Notes: a model not told the origin generated them from the sequence alone. 64,000 bases of DNA from Cyanobacteria bacterium J06626_4 (GCA_038523235.1 JBCBJQ010000001.1:1-64000), one strand, 5' to 3'; positions 44,069 to 54,766 are shown, counted from the stretch's first letter. Translations and numbers: made by a program.

Positions 44069-45736
44069 ATGATCAAGCGACTTTACATTTTGATTTTGCT
44101 GGGTTTCCTAACGGTTGCGATCTCATCGAGCTGCGTCGGCCTAAACCCTCGGATTTCCGATACTCAGACAAATACTGAAGCCTCAACTCAATCCAGGATG
44201 ATTGACATTCCGGTTGTGGGAGGTAATCCTCCCGAATCCGTTTCGCTGGAATGCTTTGTCGATGGCAAAAAGGGATACATGGACGTCACAGGCAAGCTGG
44301 TCATCCCGAGGTGCTTTGATTCAGTCTCTGCCTTTTCAGACAGTGTTGCCCGAGTCAAAATAGCTCCCTTGTCTGAAGGGGCAGATAACTTATGGGGGTA
44401 CATCAACCTGGATGGGCATTTCCTCATCCCGCCCAGGCTGGTGGGCAATCAATTTGTCGAGAGTTCTGGTATGGAAGGATTTCAGGGATATTCCTCTTTC
44501 TCTGAGGGGTTACTGCCGCTGAAGCAAGAAGTGAGTGGCAGGGTTGGTTACATCAACTATTCCGGCGAGTTTGTAATTCCGCCTCAATTCACTATCGCTA
44601 AACCCTTTCACGAGGGGTTAGCTGCGATTTGTGTTGAAGCAGAGCAATGCGGCTACATTAATACGCTTGGAGAGATTGTTGTGGAAACGCGATATCAAGC
44701 AACGCGCTCTTTTTACAACGGAGTTGCAGTAGTTTCGCTTCCTGGCCCTGGCGATCTAAAAACGACAACTCCTTATGAAATTTATGATTTCTTCGGCTTG
44801 ATTAATCGCGCTGGTGAGTATCTCGTTCCACCCGAATTGAATAAAGTGCGCTTGCTGGAACGCTTTCTGGGAATAGGGGTGGATGATCCTATAAGGCATC
44901 TAGATACTCCTTTCAGTCCAGAGGGTTTGTTACCCGTGCGTGTACCCTACAGTGAAGCAGAAGTAGCTGATTTCTATGCTTTATCTCTATATCCGCCAAC
45001 GGATGGTGTAGAAGCTAATTTGGGTCACGGCCGATGGGGCTATGCCATCAAAACGGGAGGATATGCGATTGAACCTCGATATTGGCAGGCAGGCTTATTC
45101 AAAAATGGGTATGCAGACGTTGTGATTGCTGAAGGGGATACTGATTACCCTCAAGAGTTTTGGAATCGCTCTGCTGTCATTGACGCTGAAGGTCATCTTA
45201 TTGACCGTGAAGGCGAAGCTTACCTCAACAGCAACTTAGAGAGGCACTTATCAGCATCAGATGATATCTACCTTGCATTTGACTCCTTCTTTTCCCAAGG
45301 TCTAGCAGCAGCAGCTTTCAAGCCAAGAGATCAGTTTGCACGAAAAAATGTTGGCTACGTCAATGCCCAGGGGACTTTTGTGATCGAACCGCAGTTTGAC
45401 CGGGCAGAAGCGTTTGCGGCTAATGGTTTGGCTGTGGTCACCATTCGGGCAGAGAATGAAGACGAGGCTGATTTGCAGGGGCTGATTGATTACTCGGGCA
45501 ACTTTCTGATTGAGCCGCTCGCTGCAGACCTCAAGATTTTTGATAACGGGCTAGTCGGCATCTCTTCCTTTACCGGAGAGAAATATGACCAGCTTCAGGG
45601 TAAGCGGTTAATCTTTGTCCCGACTACTCAGCGTTTTTTGCCCTACTATGCCAGTTATGCTGATGGTCGTAGTGAGTTTGATGTGGAGGGGTTCATTCCT
45701 ATCGTGGGTAAGATACCTGAGGATTTTCGTCTTTGA
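44069..45736 (+). CDS. WG-repeat (KWG) lipoprotein
   Basis: Signal ending SSSC; repeated GYI(N/D)..G.FVI.PQF...F.EGLA units; HIP1-free. Confidence 0.85.
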   Translation: MIKRLYILILLGFLTVAISSSCVGLNPRISDTQTNTEASTQSRMIDIPVVGGNPPESVSLECFVDGKKGYMDVTGKLVIPRCFDSVSAFSDSVARVKIAPLSEGADNLWGYINLDGHFLIPPRLVGNQFVESSGMEGFQGYSSFSEGLLPLKQEVSGRVGYINYSGEFVIPPQFTIAKPFHEGLAAICVEAEQCGYINTLGEIVVETRYQATRSFYNGVAVVSLPGPGDLKTTTPYEIYDFFGLINRAGEYLVPPELNKVRLLERFLGIGVDDPIRHLDTPFSPEGLLPVRVPYSEAEVADFYALSLYPPTDGVEANLGHGRWGYAIKTGGYAIEPRYWQAGLFKNGYADVVIAEGDTDYPQEFWNRSAVIDAEGHLIDREGEAYLNSNLERHLSASDDIYLAFDSFFSQGLAAAAFKPRDQFARKNVGYVNAQGTFVIEPQFDRAEAFAANGLAVVTIRAENEDEADLQGLIDYSGNFLIEPLAADLKIFDNGLVGISSFTGEKYDQLQGKRLIFVPTTQRFLPYYASYADGRSEFDVEGFIPIVGKIPEDFRL

Positions 45737-45840
45737 GCTTGACCCGAAGAATGAGGCAGCTTGGTCATCTACGGAACCGAGTGATAACAACTACAGATCA
45801 GTAGAGGGCTAGGAAAAGTTTGATTTTCAGAGCCACTGCC

Positions 45841-46488
45841 TCAGCGACCCAAATCGTGGAGCTGATGGATAGCCTCAGCGCAGCGCTGGGTGGTCTCTAG
45901 CAGCAAGGTTTTGTCGGTAGTCGGGGGTGGCGGCAGCGGCTCACCAATCCGCACTGTCAGGGGCACCGCCTGCGGCAGTTTTTGTCCCTTGATCAGAATG
46001 CGATGGGTGCCCCAGAGGCTTACTGGCAGCAGCGGCACTTGGGCCTTCGCGGCAATGAGTGCTGCCCCCAACTTAGGCTCAGGAATGCGCCCATCCACCG
46101 TGCGCGTGCCCTGCAAAAAAACGCCCACAGCCCACCCCTGATCGAGCTGTTTCAGCGCTTCGCGGATGGCACTGCGATCGGCACTGCCTCGTTTGACCGG
46201 GTAAGCCCCATAGAGCCGAATTGCCGGGGCTAATACGGGCACCTCAAACAGCTCTTCTTTCGCCATGTAGGAAACGGGGCGCTGGACACAGTTCGAGAGT
46301 AGCGGCGGGTCAAAGTCACTGGCGTGGTTGGCGACGACAATCATCGGCCCTTGGCGGGGCACATGCTTCGCTCCCACGACCCGCCCGCGAAAGTAGATGC
46401 GAAACAGGGGATTCACCACTGACCACTTAAACAGCCAATACAGCAACAGGCTTACCTTGGGTTCGCGATCTCGCTCAGCCATAGCCAT
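45841..46488 (-). CDS. plsC: 1-acyl-sn-glycerol-3-phosphate acyltransferase
   Basis: NHASDFD, AKEELF, FLQGTR motifs; downstream of fabD. Confidence 0.9.
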   Translation of the reverse strand: MAMAERDREPKVSLLLYWLFKWSVVNPLFRIYFRGRVVGAKHVPRQGPMIVVANHASDFDPPLLSNCVQRPVSYMAKEELFEVPVLAPAIRLYGAYPVKRGSADRSAIREALKQLDQGWAVGVFLQGTRTVDGRIPEPKLGAALIAAKAQVPLLPVSLWGTHRILIKGQKLPQAVPLTVRIGEPLPPPPTTDKTLLLETTQRCAEAIHQLHDLGR

Positions 46489-46500
46489 CCCCTTCCTCGC

Positions 46501-47385
46501 CTACAGCGCGTTCAACTGTTCGAGCGTGCCGACATTCGCGAGAGACAGGGTTTTGACCGTGCGCTTAATCAACCCGGTCAACACATTGCCTGGCCCCACT
46601 TCAATCACTCGCTCAATGCCCTGCTCCGCCAGCGTGAGCGAAATTTCGCGCCAGCGCACCGACCCCGTCATCTGCTGCGATAGCCGTTGCTTGAGAGCAG
46701 CCGGATCGGTGGCGGGAGCCGGATCGACGTTAGACAAGACCGGCACGCGGGTCGGCTGAAATTCGATCGCATCCAGTACCGCCTGAAATTCATTGGCCGC
46801 TGGTGCCATCAGCGGTGAATGAAACGCCCCACTGACGTTGAGTTTGACAGCTCGCTTGCTTTTGACAGCGGCTAGCACCGTATCAACCGCTTCTGGAGTG
46901 CCCGAAATCACCACCTGGCCCGGATTATTGTCATTCGCCAAAACTACGCCTGCCGTCTCGGCAATTTGGGCTTCGAGAGCGGTTCGATCAAAGCCCATCA
47001 GCGCTGCCATGATGCCTTCTGAGGTTTGCGCCATCAGCTCAGCGCGCAATTTCACCAGGCGCAGACCGACGCCAAAGTCAAACGCGCCCGCTGCATACAG
47101 TGCCCCATACTCGCCTAAGCTGTGACCGGCCACTAAATCTGGTTCCTGCCCTTGCGATCGCAGCTGGTCGACCAGCAGGCTTTCCAGCACGTATAAACAG
47201 GGCTGGGTGTAGCGCGTTTCCGAGACTTTGTTATCTTCACTTTGGCAAACGTCACTGACGGACCAACCCAAGATGTCATTGGCGATCGCTAACTGCGTTT
47301 GCACTGTTGATAATGCCAGCACATCTGCTCCCATGCCCACCGACTGCGATCCTTGACCAGGAAATACCCAGGCTGTTTTCACCAT
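46501..47385 (-). CDS. fabD: Malonyl-CoA:ACP transacylase
   Basis: FPGQGSQ, GHSLGE, SGAFHS, EVGPG. Confidence 0.97.
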   Translation of the reverse strand: MVKTAWVFPGQGSQSVGMGADVLALSTVQTQLAIANDILGWSVSDVCQSEDNKVSETRYTQPCLYVLESLLVDQLRSQGQEPDLVAGHSLGEYGALYAAGAFDFGVGLRLVKLRAELMAQTSEGIMAALMGFDRTALEAQIAETAGVVLANDNNPGQVVISGTPEAVDTVLAAVKSKRAVKLNVSGAFHSPLMAPAANEFQAVLDAIEFQPTRVPVLSNVDPAPATDPAALKQRLSQQMTGSVRWREISLTLAEQGIERVIEVGPGNVLTGLIKRTVKTLSLANVGTLEQLNAL

Positions 47386-47518
47386 GATTGTCTTCGTTGC
47401 TTAACACGTTCATTCAAAGTCCAGTGTTCACTGTCTCAACAAATGGAACTTTCGCAAAGTTAAATTTTGCGTCACTGTCCGACCAACTCGGTGGGTGCTC
47501 TCCAGCAGCATCTCATTT

Positions 47519-47684
47519 ATGCCAGTTCTACGAATTACAGCTACACATCCAAGTCAGCTTTCTCCCAGTCGGAGACACTGCGTGTTGGCCTGGCCTGCCC
47601 GTCGGGCTGACGACTCTGCTCAGCCGACGTTCCTTGAGCGGAGTCGAAAGGAAGATCTGTCGCCTAGTTTCAGAGAATTGGTAT
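47519..47684. mobile_element. MITE (family A, copy 2)
   Basis: Near-identical to 20657-20798 plus a ~24-bp insert containing GCCCGTCGGGC. Confidence 0.8.
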
Positions 47685-47810
47685 TGCTGATGGGTGTTAT
47701 GGCAAAATTTGGCAGGCAGAATTTGGAATTGAGAGGCGGTCGAAGCGTATGGCAGCGATCCACAATGACTTGATCAAGCTGCGGTTGACGATGCGCCGAC
47801 CCTCTGGTCG

Positions 47811-48326
47811 TTATGGTGAGGCCACGCTCTCCATGCTGGCCGATCGCGCCATAAACTCCGATCGCAGCATCGACATCAGCCACATGGAGGCAAAGCCCTC
47901 ATTCGTTTTGACGGCGTCACGCAGCAGTCCTTCTTCCACCAAGCCCAGACTGCGATAGAGGTATCTGGCCCGCTCATTGTGGGCCATCACGTCGAGCCAT
48001 ACTCGGTGCGCGGCGAACTCTAAAAACGCCTTGCTTAACACCTGCTCTAGCGTGGCACGACCATACCCTTTGCCCTTTTCAGTGATGACGATACGCTTGA
48101 TCAGCACGCTCTGATCAGGATCTTGCACGCCCAACATAATGACGTAGCCTGCCCGCCTCTGAGTGGCTTCATCCCAGACAATCCAGTGGCGCTCGTCTGC
48201 CTGTTCGCAGGCTTGCCAATGGCGATCGCGCGACCATTGCCGCACGTATTGAGCGTTTTCGTCAGTTTGTTCTGCTGCCAATACAAAATCTAGATCGGCG
48301 GCTGTAGTCGGTTGTAATGTAATCAA
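47811..48326 (-). CDS. GNAT acetyltransferase (RimJ/RimL-like)
   Basis: KGKGYG, HRVWLDV...NERARYLYRSLG..EG. Confidence 0.88.
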   Translation of the reverse strand: MITLQPTTAADLDFVLAAEQTDENAQYVRQWSRDRHWQACEQADERHWIVWDEATQRRAGYVIMLGVQDPDQSVLIKRIVITEKGKGYGRATLEQVLSKAFLEFAAHRVWLDVMAHNERARYLYRSLGLVEEGLLRDAVKTNEGFASMWLMSMLRSEFMARSASMESVASP

Positions 48327-48633
48327 CGGGTGAGCATCGCCAGCGACAATTGAGAACTGTAGAGTAGCGTATTCCCCCGCTGCAAAGTGTCATTAACGTG
48401 CATCCGCCCCCAACGCTGGCCGACATCACCCGCTGGCCGTCAGCAGTAACGTTGCGTATCAGTGACGGCAGATGCCGTCAGCTCTGGGATTATCCTGAGT
48501 GAAGGAGAAGTGTTTTCTGCATAGCATCGAGCCTGATACCCCATTCCATTCAGACGCGTCTGCAACGATACATCGCCTCGCTGTTAACAGACCCGAATGA
48601 TTGAGATTCCTCCCTTCATCCCCAGGAGTTTCC

Positions 48634-49176
48634 ATGCTTTCCCAAACCATGAGCGATCGCCTCAACAAGCAAATCAATTTAGAGATGTATTCCTCCCATC
48701 TCTATCTGCAGATGAGTTCTTGGTGTGCCTATCAATCGTTAGACGGCTGTGAAGAGTTTTTGCGTCTGCACGCCCAAGAAGAAGCCGGACATATGCACCG
48801 CCTGCTGACCTACATGCACGAAACCGGCGGCTTTGTCGTCCTCGGCGGCATGGAGGCTCCTCCGACCCAGTTTGAGTCGCTGAAAGATCTGTTTGAAAAA
48901 ATCTACGAACACGAAACCCATGTCACTCGGGGCATCAACGAGCTGGTGCATTACGCCAATACCGAGCCCGATTACTCGACCCTGCAATTTTTGCAGTGGT
49001 ATGTAGCCGAACAGCATCAAGAGGAATTTCTGTTCAAAGGCATTCTCGACAAGATCAAGCTCATCGGCACCAGCGGCACCGGACTATTTTTGATTGATCA
49101 GGAAATGGCTAAGCTGGCAGCGTCTCCCGCTAAAGAGCAAACCGCCCTCACCTCTGCGACCCCAACGGCAAACTAA
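48634..49176 (+). CDS. ftnA: Non-heme ferritin
   Basis: QINLEMYSSHLYLQM, EEAGH, HE, FLQWYVAEQHQEE; AGGAG RBS. Confidence 0.93.
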   Translation: MLSQTMSDRLNKQINLEMYSSHLYLQMSSWCAYQSLDGCEEFLRLHAQEEAGHMHRLLTYMHETGGFVVLGGMEAPPTQFESLKDLFEKIYEHETHVTRGINELVHYANTEPDYSTLQFLQWYVAEQHQEEFLFKGILDKIKLIGTSGTGLFLIDQEMAKLAASPAKEQTALTSATPTAN

Positions 49177-49184
49177 ACCGGGGC

Positions 49185-49377
49185 GAATGCGGAATGCGGA
49201 ATTTCAGCGTCTTGGGGATCTGCGCTGGAGTCATTCCCTCAGAACAGACAGTTTTTGAACGGGTTTGGCAGTGCTAAACGCCTGCGATCGGGGACGCGAT
49301 TTTTGGGCAACTCACTAAACTCAAAGCTCCTTAGAGCTCGGCCCTGCTCGCAGGTACTCCGAATTCCGCATTCCGAA
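49185..49377. repeat. Dispersed element with inverted heptamer ends (family C, copy 2)
   Basis: GAATGCGGAATGCGGAATT ... GTACTCCGAATTCCGCATTCCG between convergent genes. Confidence 0.6.
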
Positions 49378-49381
49378 CGCT

Positions 49382-50380
49382 CTATCCCTTCTTGTCATCC
49401 AGCTCAATCGTCGCGACCACCTGCCCATGATCCGACTTCCAGCGCTCGATCTGTTCCTCTAGCAGCGTCTGGTCAAACAGGTGATCGTTAAATACCGAGA
49501 CATAGGTGACTTGACCCAGGCGATCGCGATTGCGGGGGGCAAACTCTTCGCTCACCATAATGTGGTCAAGGCTGTCGTAGTGGCCATTGTGAATGTGGGT
49601 GTAATAGTAGTCGCCATAGCCTAGCCGCGCCTGAATGTCTTTGACCTGATAAAGCAGCGTGTCCCACACGGGCACCTTTTTGCGAAAGGGCCAGCTTTCC
49701 CACGGGGGTTGCCCGGTGACTAACTGAGTCGTCACTGAGGTGTGATTGTCATTGACATCGCCCATCACAATCACGGGATAGCGGCGATCGCGCAGCCCTT
49801 CCATCAAAATAAAGCGCAGCGCTGTGGCCTCCGCTGCGCGACGAATCAGCGATCGGGCCTGCCCTTTCGCCAACTCCACCGGATCGCTGCGATCAACATG
49901 ACGTCCCATCATCGGTCGTTTGGACTTGAGGTGTACCACCACCACCGTGCAGTGCTGACCGTTGGGCAATTCTAGCTCGACGGCTAAAACGGGATGAGAA
50001 AACTTGGTGAGCGGAATGGGGGCTTTATCCGCCTCTAAGCTGAGCCAGCTCTCTTTCGGAAAGTCGGTGTAAATGCGATGACTCACCACCGGAAACCGGG
50101 TTGCTAAGGCTAGCCCCGGCCCGCCGCCAGCGCCCTTCGCCATCGTGATCGTGTGCCCCTGAGCCGTTTCAGTCTTCGCCAATAAAGCCTGCAGGGCCTC
50201 GCGCTGAAACACCTCTTGAAATCCGACGATGTCGCTTTTCATGCGATCGAGCTGGCGGGCTGACCAGGTCAGTTTTTGCTCGTACTCAGCGGTTGAATAC
50301 TGATCGCCGTAAAACTCAAAGCCTGGTAGCGCTAGATTGTTGAGGTTAAAGGTGCCAACGCGAAACTGCTTTGGGGTCAC
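49382..50380 (-). CDS. Endonuclease/exonuclease/phosphatase family protein
   Basis: TFNL.N, GFQEV, HLKSK, GDVND, LDHI.VS, SDHG. Confidence 0.9.
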   Translation of the reverse strand: MTPKQFRVGTFNLNNLALPGFEFYGDQYSTAEYEQKLTWSARQLDRMKSDIVGFQEVFQREALQALLAKTETAQGHTITMAKGAGGGPGLALATRFPVVSHRIYTDFPKESWLSLEADKAPIPLTKFSHPVLAVELELPNGQHCTVVVVHLKSKRPMMGRHVDRSDPVELAKGQARSLIRRAAEATALRFILMEGLRDRRYPVIVMGDVNDNHTSVTTQLVTGQPPWESWPFRKKVPVWDTLLYQVKDIQARLGYGDYYYTHIHNGHYDSLDHIMVSEEFAPRNRDRLGQVTYVSVFNDHLFDQTLLEEQIERWKSDHGQVVATIELDDKKG

Positions 50381-50512
50381 AACAAAACTGACGCCGAGCG
50401 TCTGTGGGGAAAGTCAGCACCACCTTACGCTAAACCTCGACTTCAGGCTAGATTCGCTGTTGAGTCATGAGGCGACCAATACTCGATGTGGACGCAGATG
50501 TTGCGATAGGGT

Positions 50513-51229
50513 TTACACTGCCTGGCGCAGCCAGATGGGCTCGACCTTAATGGGGAACTGCTGATGGGTGGGCATGGTTTGGCGGAAAGACTGGTAATAG
50601 TCTTTGTGCGCTTCGGTAAACAGGGTGCGCAGCTCAGCGATCGGATTGGCGTGGTTATCGACGCGCAGATCGAGATAAGGATAAATATCATTTTGCACTA
50701 CATAGAGTGCGGCTGACTGCCGCCCACGTTTGTCACCGCCGGCGGCTTCCCCCGCTTCTAAGGCATTGAGCAAGCGATCGCTCAAGCTCAACGAGTGTCC
50801 CTGGCGAAAGGTGTCGGCCATGGCGTGTAGCACCGGTTCACCGGTTAGCATATTGCCCGCCACCGAAAAGTGATTGAACGTCAGGTGTCCGGCCCAGTCG
50901 ATGCAGTCTCGCCCCGTCCAGGCAGTGGCATTACCCAGATGATCGACTAGATGCAGCTGTCGCTGGTCGCGAGCTTCATCGTTTTGCAGCAGCAGATCAA
51001 GGACATCGCCCACAGGAATGTGATGTGCATTCGCCTGAGCGGATTGGCGGCTCTCTAACAGCCTTAAGCCCCAGATGCCTAAAAGGGGATTCGTTTCGGC
51101 TTGGGTGGCGATCGCGCCCACTCCGGCTTTCGCATGGGGCACCAGCGCTCCTACCGCCAGGTGTTTAGTCGCGACGGCCACCCCCGTCATGCCAGTCTTA
51201 GGATCCCAAGCCACAATCGAAAACGTCAT
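50513..51229 (-). CDS. DUF1028 family Ntn-hydrolase-like protein
   Basis: MTFSIVA, GAIATQ, RQLH, AGNML, AGGDKRGRQSAAL, DLRVD. Confidence 0.9.
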   Translation of the reverse strand: MTFSIVAWDPKTGMTGVAVATKHLAVGALVPHAKAGVGAIATQAETNPLLGIWGLRLLESRQSAQANAHHIPVGDVLDLLLQNDEARDQRQLHLVDHLGNATAWTGRDCIDWAGHLTFNHFSVAGNMLTGEPVLHAMADTFRQGHSLSLSDRLLNALEAGEAAGGDKRGRQSAALYVVQNDIYPYLDLRVDNHANPIAELRTLFTEAHKDYYQSFRQTMPTHQQFPIKVEPIWLRQAV

Positions 51230-51789
51230 AGCAGCCGCCCCCTTCCAAATGCATGAACCTGTCAGTTCATGATCAAAGGCAGGGACGAAAAGATCTGTTG
51301 TCAATCTTACGCTTTTGTTACGAATCGTACCGATGAGCCTGATGGCATTGCCCCGGCGATCGCCGCTCCAGAGCGAACCTTTCTACCGCAGCCCGAGTCG
51401 GGGGTGGAGATTACACCAGATGGCTGTCTAAAGTCAGGCAAGAGGCCTGATCAAACAAGCTTTAGTAGTGAATGCGATCGTGACTTTTTCAACTGGGCTG
51501 ATGGCTCTCAATTCATCCGCCGAGTCAAGAAGTGATGACAGAACGTCTATCTTGCTGCAGATTTATTGAAGAAGTCGCAGAAAGTGCGCGATCGCCGTAC
51601 TAGGATGCAGCCCTAAGAGGATGTTTTAAAGGGGTTGCTGGCACAGCAAAGGCTAGCCAAATCCCTTGAGAAAGAGTTGCAAAGCCCGAGTCACCGTAGC
51701 TACTTCTGGGTAGTTTTAGGCAGCCAAACATTGGGTCGAGAACGTTTCAAACATCCTCTAAGCGCAATCAGCCTGGGAGCGAGAGCAGC

Positions 51790-53826
51790 ATGTGTGGAAT
51801 TGGCGGCGTCTTTTATGCTGACCCCAATCGACCCGTTGAGCCAGAGATTTTAGTGGGCATGGCGGCAATTCAGTACCATCGTGGCCCGGATGGTTTTGGC
51901 TATCAGGTGCTGCCAGATCGGGGGGTGGGGTTTGCCCACGCGCGGCTTTCCGTCATTGATCTTGATCCGGAGCGGGGTCGCCAGCCGTTTCTTTCCGCCG
52001 ATGGTCAGTATTTGATCGCCCACAATGGCGAATTTTATGATTACAAGCGGCTGCGGGCTGACCTGACCTCGCGCGGCTACCGGTTTCACAGCAAGAGCGA
52101 TACGGAGCTGGTTATTCACCTCACCGATCGCCTGGGCTTGGCGGGGGCTTTACCCTGTTTGCGTGGAGAATTTGCCTTTGCCCTATATGAACGGCAGCAA
52201 GACCGACTGACGCTGGTGCGCGATCGCTTTGGTGTCAAGCCGCTGTATTGGGCCAAAATCGACGGCGGCCTCGTCTTTGGTTCGGAGATCAAGGTATTGC
52301 TGGCCCACCCAGCGTTGCAGGCGCGATTTTCGTCTGAGGGGCTCTATCACCAGCTAATGCAAACCATGGTGCCCGGCACCACCTGCTTTGAGGGCATTTA
52401 TGCGGTCGCGCCCGGCCAAACTGTCACAGTTCACCGGCAAGCGGGTGAGCTACTGATTCGCACCGATACCTATTGGGATTTGAACTTTCCGCTGTCTCAT
52501 GAACGTGATAGTCATCGCAGCGAAACCGATTACATCGAAGAGTTTCGGGCGCATTTTGTCGAAGCGATTCAGCTGCGTTTAGAAGCAGACGTGCCGGTGG
52601 CTTGCTACCTCTCGGGGGGCATTGATTCCTGCTCGATTCTGGGCGTGGCGGCGGCGTGCCAGCAATCACCCATCAAGGCGTTCACCATCGGGTTTGATGA
52701 CAGCGACTACGACGAAACGGCGATCGCCCGCGAGATGGCCGCTGCTGTTAAGGCCGATCAGGATATTTTGGCGGTTGATGGTCATCAGCTCTATGACCAC
52801 TTTGCGCGAACGATTTGGCATACGGAACGCAGCATTTACAACACGTTTACCGTGGCAAAGATGCTGATGAGTCAGCACGTACGCGAGGCGGGCTACAAGG
52901 TCGTCATTACCGGCGAAGGCTCCGACGAACTCTTTGCCGGTTATCCGCAGCTGCGGCTGGACATGATTTTGCACGGTATGGCTGACGCGCCCCCCGCTGA
53001 GCGAGCCGAACTAGAAGCCTGGCTGGCGGAAAGCAATCGCTTATTCAAAGGCAATCTGCTGGCCGAAAACCGCCTCGAAGATGCCGCTCTAAACGAGGTG
53101 GTGGGATTTACGCCAAGTTCACTGCAGTCCTGGCTGTCCTCAGCCGCTCACGTACCAGGTTTGCTGAGTCCGCACCATCGTCACCGCTTAGATGGCTATG
53201 CTCCGGGACAGGCGATCGCCGCCGCGTTAGATGGCGAGCAGCTGAGTGATCGCCATCCCCTCGATAAGGCGCAATACGTGTGGATCAAAACTCAGTTTGA
53301 ATCGCAGGTGTTGGGGTGGGCCGGCGATCGCGTAGACATGGCCAATTCGCTAGAGGCGCGTCCGGCGTTTCTTGACCATCCGCTCGTGGAATTTGCCGTG
53401 ACGCTGCCGCCTGCCATGCGCCTGCGCGATCGCCAGGATAAATACATTCTGCGGGAAACGATGAAGCCACTGCTGCCAGAGACCCTTTATAAGCGACAAA
53501 AGTTCGCCTTTATGGCTCCCCCTTCCCACACTGACCCAGTCAAAGAACAAGCGATGCGATCGTTAGCCAGCACTTATTTGGCGAAGAATCGGGTGCAAGC
53601 GGCGGGGTTGCTTGATCCGGGGGCCGTGCAGGCAATTCTCGACCGCCATGGTGACACCGCTACCCCCGTTGCTACACGGGTGCAGCTCGACGCGGTGATT
53701 AATCATCTGCTGAGTGTGCAGATTTTGCACAGCCATTTCGTCGCCAACAATGTCGCCCAACAAGCCCAGGCCGATGCCCGGCGCTATGGCTGGTCAGTCC
53801 AAGCGCCCGCTACTGCTAATGCTTGA
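51790..53826 (+). CDS. asnB: Asparagine synthetase (glutamine-hydrolysing) family amidotransferase
   Basis: MCGIGG, HRGPD, HNGEFY, RDRFGVKPLY, LSGGIDS, GEGSDE. Confidence 0.92.
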   Translation: MCGIGGVFYADPNRPVEPEILVGMAAIQYHRGPDGFGYQVLPDRGVGFAHARLSVIDLDPERGRQPFLSADGQYLIAHNGEFYDYKRLRADLTSRGYRFHSKSDTELVIHLTDRLGLAGALPCLRGEFAFALYERQQDRLTLVRDRFGVKPLYWAKIDGGLVFGSEIKVLLAHPALQARFSSEGLYHQLMQTMVPGTTCFEGIYAVAPGQTVTVHRQAGELLIRTDTYWDLNFPLSHERDSHRSETDYIEEFRAHFVEAIQLRLEADVPVACYLSGGIDSCSILGVAAACQQSPIKAFTIGFDDSDYDETAIAREMAAAVKADQDILAVDGHQLYDHFARTIWHTERSIYNTFTVAKMLMSQHVREAGYKVVITGEGSDELFAGYPQLRLDMILHGMADAPPAERAELEAWLAESNRLFKGNLLAENRLEDAALNEVVGFTPSSLQSWLSSAAHVPGLLSPHHRHRLDGYAPGQAIAAALDGEQLSDRHPLDKAQYVWIKTQFESQVLGWAGDRVDMANSLEARPAFLDHPLVEFAVTLPPAMRLRDRQDKYILRETMKPLLPETLYKRQKFAFMAPPSHTDPVKEQAMRSLASTYLAKNRVQAAGLLDPGAVQAILDRHGDTATPVATRVQLDAVINHLLSVQILHSHFVANNVAQQAQADARRYGWSVQAPATANA

Positions 53827-53959
53827 GGCCACGTTGATCCGGCGAACAGGACTAATGCAGTTGCCTCTACGGTTGATTGCTGAGTCCCCAAGTGTCAACA
53901 ACCTTCCCAGAACCCAGACACACGCCCAGAACCCAGGCACATGCTTATGGATAAAGTGC

Positions 53960-54766
53960 CTAAATTGGCGTGGCGATCGGCGCGAGCTGCAGCTGGTAGC
54001 GATAGAGTGCCACCGGCTGATTGCGCGCTTTGAAATAGTCAGGATCTTGGGGTGAGAGGTAAATTGCCGTGACCTGATCGGCTTCCACCATACCCTCATC
54101 TGTCTGTACTTGATGATAGGCGGTCGTGGTTTCGACCTCATTCACATAGGGCTGCGCGGTGCCACGAAATACCTGCTGAAATACCTCGGTAGTCACAAAG
54201 GTATCAGCTTGGGGTGACTCCCAGGCGCGGCTGGTAACGGTCGATTCCAACTGACGATCGCCTCGCAATAGAGTCAACTGCCGATTCGGATTTTGGGGAT
54301 CAACTTTGACCGCTTTGACCGCCTGTTCGCCCAAATACGCCTGGGCCAAACTTAGGCCATTAAAGGCGCGATCGGCCACAATTTTCTCTTGGGCTAGGCG
54401 CGGCTGCAGTAAAAAACTTTTGGTGTAGGAGGTCATGACGGGCTCAAACCGCACCTCACAGGTCACCGGCTCATTCAGCAGTTGTTGGTTGCCGGCAAAG
54501 CCCGGCGTCTCAATCTGCGGTGCTAACGGAGCCGCCAAATCCACCAAGGTACTGGTCAGTTCCCAGGTGCCGGCCATCCAATCGGGGTACACCAGGTCAC
54601 CCTGAGCCGGTTGGGTCGGTGGCTTGTCTGTCCAATCCGGAAAGGTCGCCAAGCGATCGCTCAGAGCCCCTGCCCGCGCTGCACCACTGCACAAGAGCCA
54701 AACCAACGCTAACAGCGTTAACCAAACCAGATTGCGGCGAGTGTGTTTGACAAATCGTCGAGTCAT
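53960..54766 (-). CDS. Conserved exported protein (DUF6816-like)
   Basis: Signal peptide, DLVYPDWM.GTW, ADRAFN, YLSPQDPDYF. Confidence 0.7.
   Translation of the reverse strand: MTRRFVKHTRRNLVWLTLLALVWLLCSGAARAGALSDRLATFPDWTDKPPTQPAQGDLVYPDWMAGTWELTSTLVDLAAPLAPQIETPGFAGNQQLLNEPVTCEVRFEPVMTSYTKSFLLQPRLAQEKIVADRAFNGLSLAQAYLGEQAVKAVKVDPQNPNRQLTLLRGDRQLESTVTSRAWESPQADTFVTTEVFQQVFRGTAQPYVNEVETTTAYHQVQTDEGMVEADQVTAIYLSPQDPDYFKARNQPVALYRYQLQLAPIATPI

Noticed and set aside
45735..45767. ELDPKNEAAWS, a TPR-like peptide after the WG gene
   Set aside because: Only 11 codons; too short to call a gene remnant.
53906..53943. 19-bp tandem duplication CCCAGAACCCAG.CACA.G
   Set aside because: Two copies only, between convergent genes; no evident function.
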